DNA from: Catajapyx aquilonaris
Lineage: Eukaryota
Reading direction: 5' to 3'
Assembly (NCBI GenBank): GCA_000934665.2
Contig: JYFJ02001113.1
Span: 62,001 to 91,162 of the forward strand
DNA length: 29,162 nucleotides
Shown here: positions 11,084-22,959 of the stretch, in pieces
Layout: every line of letters starts with the position of its first letter
How positions within the stretch are numbered: position 1 is the first letter of the stretch
Notes under the pieces: generated by a model
Database searches by the model: none
What the model saw: only the letters and a program-made list of their open reading frames with translations
Told to the model about the DNA's origin: nothing
Program-made: the position numbers and the translations under genes

Positions 11084-14000
11084 CACCATTTTTAACTCCA
11101 TCTCTAGTGACAGTAGTGAACATAATTAGTTATGCATGTATGTACGCCCAGTCCTGAATGTACGAAATAATGCTGATATGTGTTATTTAACAAAGCATAT
11201 AAATGCGACATTAACAACCGTGTGTGTTCCCATGCATCCCAAGCTGTACCCCTATATACTCGCTCAGCGTACAGTAACGGATATATGCTCTCGTTATTTT
11301 TACGCACGTGCATATTTAAAAAGCAAGTAAATGGTTTCTTGCTCAATATCTCATCCCTGCAAATCTTCTGTATTCCCCCCTCTGAGAATGTGCTCCGATT
11401 GCCCCCTATATTCCTCTTACATCGTGACTGATATAAAACATCTGGGCATACTTCATCACTGAGGGAATAGAATGAGCTCTATTTTTTTGTGCCACTCTCT
11501 AGTTGCTACTGGTTATTATATTCTCCCTGACTGCAACAGCGAACAGTCCTGCACTGCATCCATTTATATCAAATCCTCTCTGTGACAAACCCACTTGGTC
11601 CGTCCTTTTTTACAAATGCACTCCTTTTGAAACTCTCCTCCCTTATGTTTTTTCATAAGCATCACTGTACATGGTACAGGAGGATGAAACATTCCCGTCT
11701 GTTGCCAGGGGTTACCTTTTCCGTCTTCTTTCTTCGCATTGCATTGTCGCCCTGAAATTTGGGGTCATCAATCGCGAATGGCTGCTGTTGACGGAAAAGA
11801 CGCCTCCTTTCTTCTTCCCATGGCATCGAATCTCTTGCGACTCCGCTGTCTCCACCAATAGGTCGATTTATTTCGTCCAAAGCAGCGGGAGGGCTCTTTG
11901 GCTTTGTCACAGGAATCAGTGAGTGGTAAGGACAACCTTGTCATCTCATTCTGTCATAATTAGCCGCCAGACTCACAATTCACGCCCTAATCGCTCCTTG
12001 GTTACACACGAAGAAAAAGGCGACAAAAAAAATACCAACAACTGAAGACATAAGTTTCCAAAGGCGTCTCTTGGTCGGATAGCAACAAGTCAGCAAACTT
12101 GTCACAGTTGCGCAAATGTCTCTTAGTAGAAGGTCGCCCCTGTTTTGAATTTCTAGCATACTTTTAAAAATGACATCCGCAGTGAGGTTGGGATAGTAAC
12201 CGGTTTGACTGCATCATTACTACAGTTCGATAAGAGTGTGTTCTCTTTTTTTTATGCGATCATGTATGAGTGTTCATGGGAATCGGGATAGGTTGAGCAA
12301 AAGTTGAACTCGTCTTCCACCTACGCTCATAAGATGGCAACTTGTCATCTTAAAAGCAACGTGTATTTTCTACCCACTTTGTTAGCCTGGTTGTCGATTT
12401 ATATGGAGCCGGATGAAATATGTCGCCTGGATATTACTGGAGGTATTTATTCTTATAGGCAGCTCCAGTCATGCTGAAAGCCGGTGCCGGTTTATGAAAC
12501 AGGTACCTGCAGCTCTTGGGTGGAAATATCTGAAAGCGACCAGATGTGTCCTGAGCCTTTCAATTTGTGTTTGAGACGATATCTCTTAAGTGATCGGCTT
12601 GTAAATCACAAGTCATCTGATCGGAACCAATACTTTGTATCTGTCTTGTTTGTGTATGGGAGATTTACACATATGCTATTTGCACCTGCTTTTTCAGGAA
12701 CGGAAGCGTTTGAAAACGTCTTGTTTAAGCCCCCCAAATTATTATATCAGGTATGAACTGATAAATTATTACCCGAGCTTTTGCGACTGGGTTTACACAA
12801 AGGAAGTTTGAAGTACACATACTCGCATGTTAGAGCATGATGTGTGTATTTTAAGGAAGTGAGCATTCAAATTCTAGGGGCCGCAGACAATACCTCAACA
12901 CCTTGTTACTGGTTTGAATAGAGAGGCTAGAATGAAAGAAAGTTTTGTGTTCCAAATAATAGCGGTATACCTTTACACAACTTCCAATTGCCGAGCCGAT
13001 GTAAATGTAACGAACCGTCCCTAATGTAATTTCTGCCTCATTTTTAGTTACTGTTGCCATTAACAAAAGAAAAAGAGTGGCTGTACACGGAGCCTCGAGA
13101 GGATATTCATTAAAACTACTGAATGCTCCCGTATTGTAAATTTTTACCGCTTTTTTTTTACAGCTCCGCGTAATTATTATCTCACTGCATTGTACAGGCA
13201 TACTTCCAATACCAGTAATTACACGAGTTAGTAAGTTCTTTTTGTAATGCTGAAGCCCTGTCATGGAGTGGAGAAAACAATCTTGACACTAGGCAATAAC
13301 GTGTTAACCTGTAAGCCTCGATTGCACTGGGTGAAACTCTAATCTCCAGGAGCTGTCATTACTCTCGCAATGCCCCTGGGATGTGACTGACGTGAGCGAC
13401 AAACAAACAAGAAAAGTTTGTGTATACTGCCATTGTACATCTTAGGCAGCAACGAATAAGGTTTTCTCTAGCTTCAGGCACTGTTTTTTTTATGTTGAGA
13501 AAGTGAAGTCAAGTAGCTAATCGTTTAAGTTATATACCGATGCACATACGCGCTTGTAATAATAATTTTTGTCAGAGTGCAAATTTTTGTAATGTATTGT
13601 AATGCAATCGACGATGGACAGTTCAAAGTGGAGCTTTGTTGACTTTCGTTATATGCCATATTTATTATTTTAAACATCGGACCAGTACACCCTGCATTAT
13701 TGTACAAATATGAAATTACGCAATTTTTTTTCAGACAGTAATGTAACCGCATAACAATGCAATTTTTACCAGGAAGCAGCCCTTTTTGAGTGTTTTCTCT
13801 ACCCTACATGTGGGCGGACAGCCGTTTATTTATTTATACAATATAACCATACTGGACACTGCACAGTAGTACAGCCCCCCCTAGAATCCAATTCCATTGT
13901 CTAAACTGGTCTAAACTCACCGCTATTTGTGGGTAAGACGTAAGTGATCAGCCCGCACATCAGGTGGTGTTTAGCCCAACTCTGGAAGCAGTAATTGCCA

Positions 14001-14370
14001 TTAATTATGCAAACTAAAGTGAAATGTGTAGTGCACCTGCACCGAAAAAAAAATATCTTGAGAACGGACGAGTCACGAAAAAAAAGAGGGTATCATAAAA
14101 GCATATACAGACACATACACGTGAGGCAGGGCCCCACACATGCAATGGAGCAACAAAAGGGGTTTAGTCTGGTTGATGGGTGGGGTAAGAATTGGCCCCC
14201 ACCTCCCAAAATCAGGTTGCTGCTTTTCCACAACCATCACCTTATCTTATTCCGGGCGGCAGAGCGAAACCGGTTCATTTTGAGGGAATCCCAGAAATTC
14301 AACAGGTTTGCCTCTGCTGCTGAAGGTGGGTGGGTTTTTGGGGTGGGGGGGGGAGAGGTTGGGGGTGGAA

Positions 14371-14384
14371 GAGAGAGAGAGAGA
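14371..14384. repeat. (GA)7 microsatellite following a G-rich tract
   Basis: gagagagagagaga after gggtggggggggg...gggggtgg; inside a low-quality-looking block. Confidence 0.6.
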
Positions 14385-17300
14385 ACTCTAGGGAAATGTA
14401 ATTATCATTCCTAGAGCTTGTTGCTTGAGGAATATCATTATTTCTCATTGGACGTGTCTCTTTTGCGGATAAACGAGGAGGAGTGGAAATACGGCCGAAT
14501 CGCGCAAACCGACGATTTATTTGCACGCCATGGTAATAATCATGCCAGGGGACCGACTTTTGGCAATAATAGGCCAATAATGAGACAATGTATGCTGGAC
14601 CGGGCCAGTAGTCGGAACGAGTGTTGCAATGGGACATGACGGACTTATTAACATTCCTTTTGGGAAATGTTCTCAGCGACTACTTGGTGAGAAGGATGTC
14701 TCGTGATGACTTTGTTGGGTTTACAGAAGCTTACATGCCAATATATACGGTCCTAAAAATTTATAAGAAACCAACAAGCCAGGATTTTCTGCCTTCCATA
14801 GCGTGTAATGTCAAATCTTTGCCTTTCGATTATCACGAAACTGGTTTTTAGGACTTGGTGTGTTTCATGCCGACGATATGTTGAATCTTACGAGTTAATT
14901 CTTGACGTTTCGTATACAGATAGAGAGAGGACTGTTTGCGTGCTGATTATTGATAGTCTGCTGTGTACATGTCACAGGAGGCGGCGCGCATTAATATTGA
15001 TCACTTACAATAAATTGTTGTTTCTAGGAAGGGTACAACCGGGTACAACTCAATAGGGAGTACAATGTGTAGCCACGTTGTTCTCTTTTGGAAAGTATGG
15101 TACGGATGTCTAAATTTAAAACTAGCTGTCTGTTAATAATAGACGGTCGGTTTGCTTCCAAATTATAAAACAAATTGCTAGTGGATGTAATTATTGTTGG
15201 TAAAACATTTTTTTGTAAAGTTACACATTACATTGATTTGAAAAATTTGGCGGAGGTTGTAATTAAACCTGGTCGGATGGCTGGTGATGCGAATAACTTA
15301 ATGTATATTGCATTTTAGACGCAGGTTTGAGCATCTAGTTCAGAGCTCCATGCCACCAGACTGTATATGAAACAAATAGATATAGTTCGCGATTTTTTTT
15401 GGAAGTGCGTTTCAAGGATAATTTGGCAACCAGGGGGAAGTTTTTGATTCGAAACATTCTTTCCAAGGTGCCGACTCGATAAACATAGTATCTTGGCGGA
15501 AAGCGTAACGATTTTATTTTTTGATAGTTTTTTAGAGCATGTTCGGCTGATATCAAATGAATGATGAATTGCCAGATTTATGTGATATGGTATATATGAA
15601 ACACTGTTTCGGTCGCCTTTAAGTGTTGAAAAAGTGGACATGAAATGTTCAAGTTTTGCAGTAATATCTTAGCACATAAGAATATTACGAAGTGTTCTGC
15701 TTACAATATTTGGTTGGGTTAATATTTGTGATAAACCAGACAGACTGTGCTGCAGATTGTAATTACGCACTAAAGGAAGATACGTAAAATGCTGCTCCAT
15801 TGCTTTCTTTTCCTTTAGATAACAGGTGTGGTAATTAATTTCCTATAAAGTAATTAGCAAACTGTCACATGCAGTGTACGTATCGGTTGGTTTACCATGC
15901 AATAACAGTTAAAAAAGGATCCTGACCTACCAGAATACTGCAATGCACACGGAATGGATTTTCAGACCTTCCGCGAAATTCCTTTTGAACTATTGAATCG
16001 AGACGAGAACTATGTGAAGGGAGTGTTTCAAAATTTGTCGCAATTTTTGACAAATATCAATATGACTGAAAGATACTGGTTTATACGTAGGCAATAAAAG
16101 TCAGACCGATTCCAGAAAAAAAGGTTCAACACCTCTTTCCTTACTATTGTAGCATATCATTGTAGGTATAGCTGAGTAAACAATATTTTTTGATACACCT
16201 TGTCCTTACCTTTCAAATACCAGTGTGAAACAACAAATTGGGAGTATGGGTTGGTTTGACAAAAAAAACATGCCTCGACGTAATGTTTTTACCCTCATGA
16301 ATACTACAGTAAATCACCACGAAATGTGTTCTTATTGAGCCGCAACCGTAATCAATGGCATTGTTCCGTAACACTTCAGAAAAAGTATGGGCGTATCGGT
16401 TGATTTATCAACAAAAACGCTCTCCTGACCTACCCCACTGTGGTAATAGATCCTTGCACTTTTAATAGCCATAATTATTAATATTTCAATGCAAGTCACG
16501 CCAAAGTTAAAAACCGGAACGATATGACGTATGTTTAAAAATATACACTGCTGACCAGAAGCCGGGAAGACCCCGATAGAGTCCACCAAGTCTACGCACT
16601 TTTTATGCTACGTATGCTGGTAAATATGTCAAAAGTGGTTTGCATATTTCAGAGAAAAAAAAATCACACCAAAATGTTTACTCTGACGAAAACAGCATCT
16701 CCATCGGACCACATTAATCACCCTGCAGAATTTCGCAATTAGCCCCACTTTCGTCCCCCTTGCATTTCTTGCACATATAGGACCCTTTCTGAAATGCGAT
16801 GCAATTGGAGCATCAGTCTATAGACAATGTTTCGCACTCCATCCGCTTGAAAAATAATGGCTTCTAGTCCCGAGGTATAAAGTCCGTTTCCAGCTAGTCG
16901 GTCGTGTGTCGGCTTGGGATTGGAAAAGTGGAGGCGGCGAAATTCCGATAATGAGCTGGAAGGGTCCCTTGGGTGACGGGAGGGGCCCGATGGCGGGATA
17001 TTAATTGCTCGGGGGATGGCGGGTTTGGGAAGGGGGGNCCCAAGAACTGGCAAGAAGAGCCGTCGTCACAACTTCCTAGCCATCAGTCAGCATCCCTCGG
17101 CTTCATCCATCCGTGCAAAAAGACTGTCTTCATGCTGCTAGCTATAGGGGGGGGGGACTATAGACCTATTTTGCTATTGACCATTTCTATGGTTACGTTC
17201 ATTAGGGGAGGTGACGCTTTTTTTATGTAGTTGCCCAATTACTAGGGTGTGTGGGGTACTATACCTCTCTGATAAAATTAGGTGTTGTTCGTACAGTTTT

Positions 17301-18804
17301 ATACCGCGAATTTTTACAGCTAAGCAGTAATGTTGTTAATGGGAGATGGGAATATTCGTAATTAATGAGCGTGGACTACTGAATTTATTATTACAAAACA
17401 GCGTTAAAAGGGACGTGTTCGGGCTGTTGGATTGTTTTATGGAATTTTGTCACTTGGCGTGGCGTTATGTATAATGTGTGCAGTCGAATGAAAGGAACAA
17501 TTGTAAATTATTCGGAAGTGTAATAGTAGCGCGTTTTGGGATTTGGTCAGCCATCAACGTATATTTAATTTGAGTGCGTCTGTGAAGTCCCTTTTTGTGT
17601 GTTTTTCATTATTGAAATTGCTACCACAATTAGACCTCGCTGCACACATTAATGAAAATAAAGTTATAATATTTAAAATGTACTTATATAAACATTACAA
17701 ATGGTTGCATCGAACAAAGTGAAATCATTTGATGATTCGTTTTGTCTAGGGAGAATAATCTGAGTGGAATCATGATTACTGTTACGTATTTGCATGAGCA
17801 AGATTATGCGTCTGTTCTAGTGTGCCCGAAATGCCTCTGAAATTGCCATGGAAACTGACATCCGAAATCACGCATGATAGGTGTACATGTTGTCACGCTT
17901 TTCACACACCCGACCAGAGCAAAAAAAAAGAGTATGCGCAGGCGACGAGATGTCCTCTGGAACCGTGTCCACAGCCCCTCAAATAAACAACATTTGCTTG
18001 ATGGAGTGTGGCAGAGGTGCCCGCATGTTTGGTCCTAGATTTTTGGATGAAACCATTGCCATGATCAGAGGCTACTCTTTGACTTGACCTGTGCATTATT
18101 TCTCCCCCTGCATTGCACTGTACTGCTTATGCTTCAGATTGATTTTAGCAGCTTTTTCATAATGATATTTTGAGTTTATAGTAGGATGACATTAACATTT
18201 GTCAGAGATATGTGCCTTATGAGTGAACTACAAAAAAAATTGTCGATTTTCAAGATTTTTATCCCAATTTACCCCTTCACAAATTTGCTCCCCTTTGTTG
18301 CCGGCTTTTAATGGAACATGTGCATTATTGACGTACCTTGCCATTATGACAGATATTATTTTCTAGCGACTGCATAATGATTGCCATAAAATTTCGCAGC
18401 GTTAGGGTAACCGGAAAGCTATAACATTAGCTTGCTGAAATTTACATATCAGTATGGAGAGATCACCCATTCTCCTTGGCTTTTCATATGCATAACACCA
18501 ACAAAAACCCACAACAGTGAGACTATTGCAGTATTGTTTGTACAAGGTGTTTCATGAAGAACATTGCAAACATTTTCCACAAGAGTAGCTGGTGCTGCAA
18601 TATCTTTTCATATTTGACAACACTGAGACCGCTCCATAATATCACGACATCTCCACGATGCACCCGTAGTAATGAACCCATCTCAGAAGCGGAATAGCAC
18701 GACCGTCACATCGTAAAATGTCACACAGGAGGACAGCATGTGTGACGAACCCCCTCAGAGACGCCTCTTAAAAATAATTGTCATCACCTCTCTGCATGAA
18801 ATAT

Positions 18805-18838
18805 CTAATTGTGCAATTTCTCTTTTTTACAGGTGAGT
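18805..18838 (+). promoter_or_regulatory. Candidate recursive splice site (3' splice site directly followed by a 5' splice site, AG|GT)
   Basis: Branch-point-like CTAAT (18805-18809), then TTTCTCTTTTTT with no AG between branch point and acceptor, then ACAG ending at 18832, immediately followed by consensus donor GTGAGT (18833-18838). Confidence 0.4.
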
Positions 18839-21800
18839 ACCATCTTATTGGCATATTGCTTCATGCATGATGTGCGAGGTGCCTCAGCATCAGAAACGGT
18901 AAGCCCTGGGTGTTATGAATCTAGCTGCCGCGTTGCTTCTCTAGCATCTGTTCTTTGCTGGGATGATTTATTCCCTCCCTCGCCTGATTATTCACGGACG
19001 TCCAACTTGGAAAATGATGTAACAAATTGCGCCATGATTGCACCCAGACTTAGTTTCCAGCAGGGGCCTGTATCGGCAACCATTTTTTGGTGGTACGGTT
19101 GTTATACATCCCTCGGCTTATTACATCTTTCCCATATTACTATAAAGTGGAGGGGGTTTTGCTCTAAAGGGGGGAGTTTGTCAACTCAACTTGTCTTTCG
19201 TGTTCGCTCATCGGGTGGCGGAAACGGAATAGGAGAAACTCTGAAACGATGGAGATTTTTCAACGTCAGGCTGCACTTCCCTACATAAAATGGTGGGGGA
19301 ACTGGGAAGCAACTTTTTGGAGCATTGCCAGTGTTTATATTGTTCAGTAATTAACAACGACTCGCCCTTCTTTGCCAATATTTCTCATATTGTCGCTTCC
19401 ATTTTGCACTCCCTGCAAACTAAGCACTGCGCCAGATTTTGGACCAAGTTGATGCAAACCAGCAACTTTTCATACTATTATTCAAATATGGCCGAATTTT
19501 TTTAAATTAAATTATTAAAAATCACGTGCAAATGAAAAAGCTAACTAAAAATTGTACAAGTGTCCTACATATAGGACATCAGGCATATCTTGTTGATAAA
19601 AATTAAAATATTTAAAAATGAAACAATGCATTATGCTGCTATGATTTGGCCTGAAACTGTGAGGAATGCAAACAAGGCCCATTTTTTCCAACCGAGTTAC
19701 ATCACATATGGTCTAATTCCTTTAATTTTATAAGGGAGTTGTGATCCTCATAGGGCTGATCAAAAGAGAGGTCAAGAGATGAAAAAGAGTTACCAAGAGA
19801 CGGCAGCCTGGTTTTCTCCCTGTATGTACCCATCTGTGTGGAGGGAAATTCCAGAGCCCCCCAAATTGCCCTCTGACTAGTGGTGATTTTAATACAATTT
19901 GGCCAAGGGAGCCGCCGTGATTGTGGGGGACCCCTAGAAGATCTGGCCAGGGTCATTTGCTTGATTGGCGCCGCAGGAAAGGTCGAGCTTTGGCCTCAAT
20001 CCTGCAGGAATTGGTTAAGCATCTACCCCTTACCATTGGGGAAAAAAATAATGTAAACATGTAGTAATCATAATTGGAGAGGGGGTGGGGGTGGGGGCTT
20101 AATTAATATTTGGTGCGGCGCTTTTGGAATCTTGGATAGGTGACAGCACAAACGGGGCTGGATATTCGGTATGGTTGCCTGGTGCTGGCGGCATTGCCTG
20201 TGCCCAAATCCGGAACCAATCCCCCAAAATTTTCCTCCCCTTCTACCACCCCTCCAGATCGATAGGTTTGCCACGTCCTGTGGGCCATCGGAGGAACCCA
20301 AACCAAGGCACTGGAGGAGAGAAGGGTCCAACCAAAAAAAAATCTTGCTGGGGTAAAAAAATCGGGGGATACCGTATCGGAGGGGAGAGTTTCAAGGGCT
20401 GGAAGGTGACAAGTGTGGTACAGAAGAACTTTTTAGGGCATGTACATAGTAGTAAATGAAATATAGCATTCAAAATAACTCATTACTTGTTTTGCTCCAT
20501 TTAGTTATTACAATATTAATAAGTGTCATAAAATGATATTTTTAGTACAAGGTTGTTCATAATAGCTTGGCCTATCCGTATTCTCACCATCCCGAGGCGC
20601 TGATAGATGAATGCGTGTTAATAACATCAGTACACACATTGACGTCATCGTTGTCGAGGTCATGTTTTCGCAGGTCATTCAAGATATTCTCGTTCTGTGC
20701 GGCGTAATCGAATCGGCACATTTCAGTCCAACCGTATGTCGCACAAAATTCGGAACATCCAGTGTACGCAATCACACGTATTTTATTGCATTATATCGTA
20801 TTAGTCACGCTGCAACCTGAACTATAACCAGGTGTGAAGAACTGCTTGTTTATGGCTCCTGGTTATTGCGCCACGGTAATTAAGCCGACCTACAGAAATA
20901 ACCCCCCCGATATGTGTAGGCTATAACTATATATATATTTTTTGCAAAATTTCTTTTAAAAATAGCTGCTTTTGCATTAGCCGGACGTTGTAGTAACTCG
21001 TGACACAATTTCGAGCCGAGTACCCATAATTATTCGAAACGTGTGCAAAATCACATGTATTTTCTGAGAGGTGTTCCTGCTGCACTGGGATATAAAAAAA
21101 TATATTTCCCCTGCCAGAACTTGTTTTCTCAAGGGTAGGCAGCATCTTTATATAACTCTTTTATATTACAAACCGCATGACTTCCTCTCAGACTCGGAGC
21201 ACTATTGGGAAACTCCAGAAGGGGAAAACGGCCCCAAGGTGTCGGGGGGCGCCGGACATGTAAAAATCGAAGGTTTTTGGACTATTGTACGGTATAAAGT
21301 GGCGGACCATTCAATATACGGTGGGGGGATGTCGGGTGTGGATGGTGTCGCCTCCTGGAATCCATCGGTAGAAGCTGGGATCAAAACAAAGGGGCCGCCA
21401 TTTGCGTGGCTTGGCTCAGGGAACGCGGGAGCCATCTGACGGGCCAAGTCGGCATTAGGAAGGTTGGGTGGTACGGACACAGGTGGCAGCAGCGGTACTG
21501 GTTTGGATCATTGTCCGGTCTATTGATAGACAATCTATGATAGTTACACTACGATTATTTAAAGATGCAAAAATAACGACGTCACTATTGTAATAAGTAA
21601 TGACAAATGACGTCACTTTAATATTTTAAAAAATAGGGACGATTGCGTATATTTGGCTACTATATCGCACAAAAAGATTGAGACACCTTTCCAGTGAAAC
21701 CAAATTCAAAAATTGTCACCATCTTTTGGGGCGATATACCCTACACTAATGACTGGTTATCTCACTATCAGAGCATGATGTAGGACAACTACCTGCGGTA

Positions 21801-22912
21801 TATATAGGCTATCTAATAATTTTTACCGGTGATAGCGTGGAATGTTTGGTGGCGTGCCGTAGCGTGACGGATGTCATTATTGGCATCACTGACCTGGGGC
21901 AATGGCGTTTTTTTATGATTAAGTGCGGTGTACCACTAAAGTATTGCATGGAATTGAGCCACAAACAGCACGAATAACCGGGATTAAACAAAGGAGGTGG
22001 CAATAATGTAGTCGATGGTCAGTGACACCTCGTTCAAGAAGGGATGTGTGCTGGCGGAATAATTATGTGGGATAAGTTGAAATGTCGAAAATTTCGGCTT
22101 ACTGATGTTACAGACTATATTCATGTACTGCTAGATAAGTTTATTTACAATAACCTTCTACTTCTTGTGCTGATGTATTGCGAAATACAGAGCACCATAA
22201 CTGCAAACGGAGCTTATTCCCACGACGCCCTTCTAAGAAAAAAGTGGAAGTGCGCAATATACTGGGCAATTTTTTTAAACAGTGTTAAACCTATGCTATT
22301 TTTAATTATTAATAATAAGGTTACTTGTATAATGTGCACCGATTGACATTTTTAGATGAGTGTAGCTTTTGTTCTAAGTTAGTTGCTGAAATTAATTGAG
22401 TCTGCAACCTGAAATATTATCTTGTGCCAGTTTTGCAAATATGGTGCGAGCAGGATCAGTTACGGGTCATTAAGCAAAAATTTTAATTCGGTTTCCTTTT
22501 TCTAATAATTAATAAAAGATGAAAAAGCACAACTCCTTTTTGCCAAGTCAGATCCACAACTAAGAAATCGGCATATGAATACCTCGGGGTAAGAACGATC
22601 AAGCTTCACTTTTTGTCAAAGATTAAACACGAAAAACAGAATAAAGGAACCCAACAAACTCTTTATTGTAGACAAATTTTCGTCTTTTCAATGATATATT
22701 TTTTATAAAATTGCTCATTTATTATGTAATATCATGAAAAATATTTTGTCGTGGTTTTGGTCGTTTAGTTCAAATCCTTAATTTTGACAAATGAAAATGA
22801 CGTAAGTTATCGGGGGCTGATTTTTTTCCCCCTTAGGATGTGTATAATTTCGAGTGGTACAGTACGGTACCCTAAAGGTCTGGCACATGGGTGACAACAG
22901 TAAATAATATCC

Positions 22913-22959
22913 GTGGGCTGACATTGTGACAAGTTGACGCTGTCACAAAGTCACCCCAC
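22913..22959. repeat. 47-bp symmetric inverted repeat (hairpin/cruciform)
   Basis: GTGGG-c-TGAC-a-TTGTGACA-[agttgacgc]-TGTCACAA-a-GTCA-c-CCCAC: 17 of 19 in-register positions are Watson-Crick pairs, with a 9-nt loop. Confidence 0.6.

Noticed and set aside
13259..13269. 11-nt identity to the 5' end of miR-281 (TGTCATGGAGT); similar partial matches to miR-1, miR-210, miR-216 and miR-2001 elsewhere
   Set aside because: The matches do not extend over the mature sequence and there are no precursor hairpins.
13825..13900. (TAAA)n-tailed retroposon 3' end on the minus strand
   Set aside because: Only three repeat units and no recognisable body.
4196..15622. Kolobok-like TTAA-flanked ends (GCCCTTTAA ending 4212; GTCGCCTTTAA ending 15622)
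   Set aside because: Each is a lone end; I found no matching inverted partner.
19925..19975. pUC-type polylinker contamination (GGGGACCCCTAGA...CAGG..CAT..GCTTG); also CTCGAG..TCTAGA near 263-277
   Set aside because: Similarity needs many gaps; VecScreen would be required and the match is probably chance.
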